A stretch of 63,681 nt of DNA, counting the filler. It is 8 parts of 8 records of this genome, joined end to end, with 100 filler letters (N's around TTAATTAATTAA, not from the genome) between each part and the next. Parts side by side here need not be neighbours in the genome. Positions count along the whole stretch, not along the records: positions 58,073 to 63,681 come from SRR31147125_53837; 7 more parts are not named here. One strand, 5' to 3'. Shown in pieces: positions 62,991 through 63,681 of the stretch (the stretch's first letter is position 1; each line of letters opens with the position of its first letter). The position numbers and the translations under genes are program-made. The notes beneath the pieces are model-generated. The model ran no database searches. It had not been told where the DNA came from and saw only the letters and a list, made by a program, of their open reading frames with translations.

Positions 62991-63572
62991 CTAAAGTGAT
63001 TCAGTAAAAAAAGATATATACCGTTCCATCGCTTCACGGAGTTCGAATTCACCTCGGCGGAGACTCCAGTCAAAGACAATGCCGCGAGCGAAAACGAACA
63101 GAATCCAGACCAGTTCTGACGCGTCGCCGCCTCGTGAAATCTGCCCCGAATCCAGCCCTTCCTGAATAATCTTTAGAAGGATTTCCGGCATGGGCCGTTC
63201 TTTTTCTGTGAAGTACTCCACCTTGGGGTTGAACAGCTGCCTTGTGGTCTCCACTGAAGTGAGGATATTGAACCGGGCATAGTGATCGAAGAATTCGATG
63301 ATTTTCCCTTTTGTTGAATCAGCCTGGAGCTTTCCGTCTACATTTTCAAGAAAATACTCGTCAGCCTTATGGAATATCTCGGCCAGAATATCGTGTTTTG
63401 ATTTGAAATAGTGATAAAAAGAACCTACCGAAACACCGGCTTTCTCACTGATTTCAACGATAGTGATATTCTCAAATCCGTCGGCATCCATCAGTTCTAT
63501 TGCCGCTTTGTATATTGCATTACGAGTTTCTATCGCCTGCTGCTGTCTTTTTGTCAGTTTCTTCTGTTTCAT
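62991..63572 (-). CDS. TetR/AcrR-family regulator
   Basis: GFENITIVEISEKAGVSVGSFYHYFKSK. Confidence 0.92.
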   Translation of the reverse strand: MKQKKLTKRQQQAIETRNAIYKAAIELMDADGFENITIVEISEKAGVSVGSFYHYFKSKHDILAEIFHKADEYFLENVDGKLQADSTKGKIIEFFDHYARFNILTSVETTRQLFNPKVEYFTEKERPMPEILLKIIQEGLDSGQISRGGDASELVWILFVFARGIVFDWSLRRGEFELREAMERYISFFTESL

Positions 63573-63681
63573 CTCATCCTCTGGCGGCAGTAATTCGGTT
63601 ATTCAAACATATGGCTACTGGCTATATTGAACCATCTTTCTCATAGCTGTAACAAGTTCCGTTTGAGATTATACCAAAGCG

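Overview
The window is not one locus. It is eight unrelated contigs (1-5257, 5358-16341, 16442-23556, 23657-32876, 32977-45571, 45672-51044, 51145-57972, 58073-63681) joined by artificial 100-bp N-TTAATTAATTAA-N spacers, apparently from a mixed anaerobic community. Most contigs carry ordinary genes: tsaC/sua5, slyD, a ThiY-like ABC transporter, two TRAP transporters, prs, rsmG, uvrC, an S1-repeat protein, pepT, tpx, a sugar-acid catabolic cluster, an FAD/Fe-S oxidoreductase triad and a truncated tRNA-Leu. Several genes carry single-base frameshifts that look like sequencing errors. The standout is the AT-rich contig 51145-57972: co-oriented accessory genes (ANT(6)-like, APH-like, HEAT-repeat, DUF4259, GNAT, SnoaL, membrane proteins) separated by seven attC-like hairpins of the form TAAC-N7-stem/loop-N3-GTTA. 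Three of the gene units are bracketed by their own 18-23 bp inverted repeats, and nearly all stem mismatches are G-T wobbles on the strand opposite the genes. This suggests an integron-like ssDNA cassette system with non-canonical sites; no integrase lies in the window. A second candidate is a DxDxDG-repeat lipoprotein with an AT-richer DUF4474-like C-terminus followed by duplicated ankyrin lipoproteins, a polymorphic effector/immunity-like layout. All coordinates, alignments and family calls were made by eye, without database searches.
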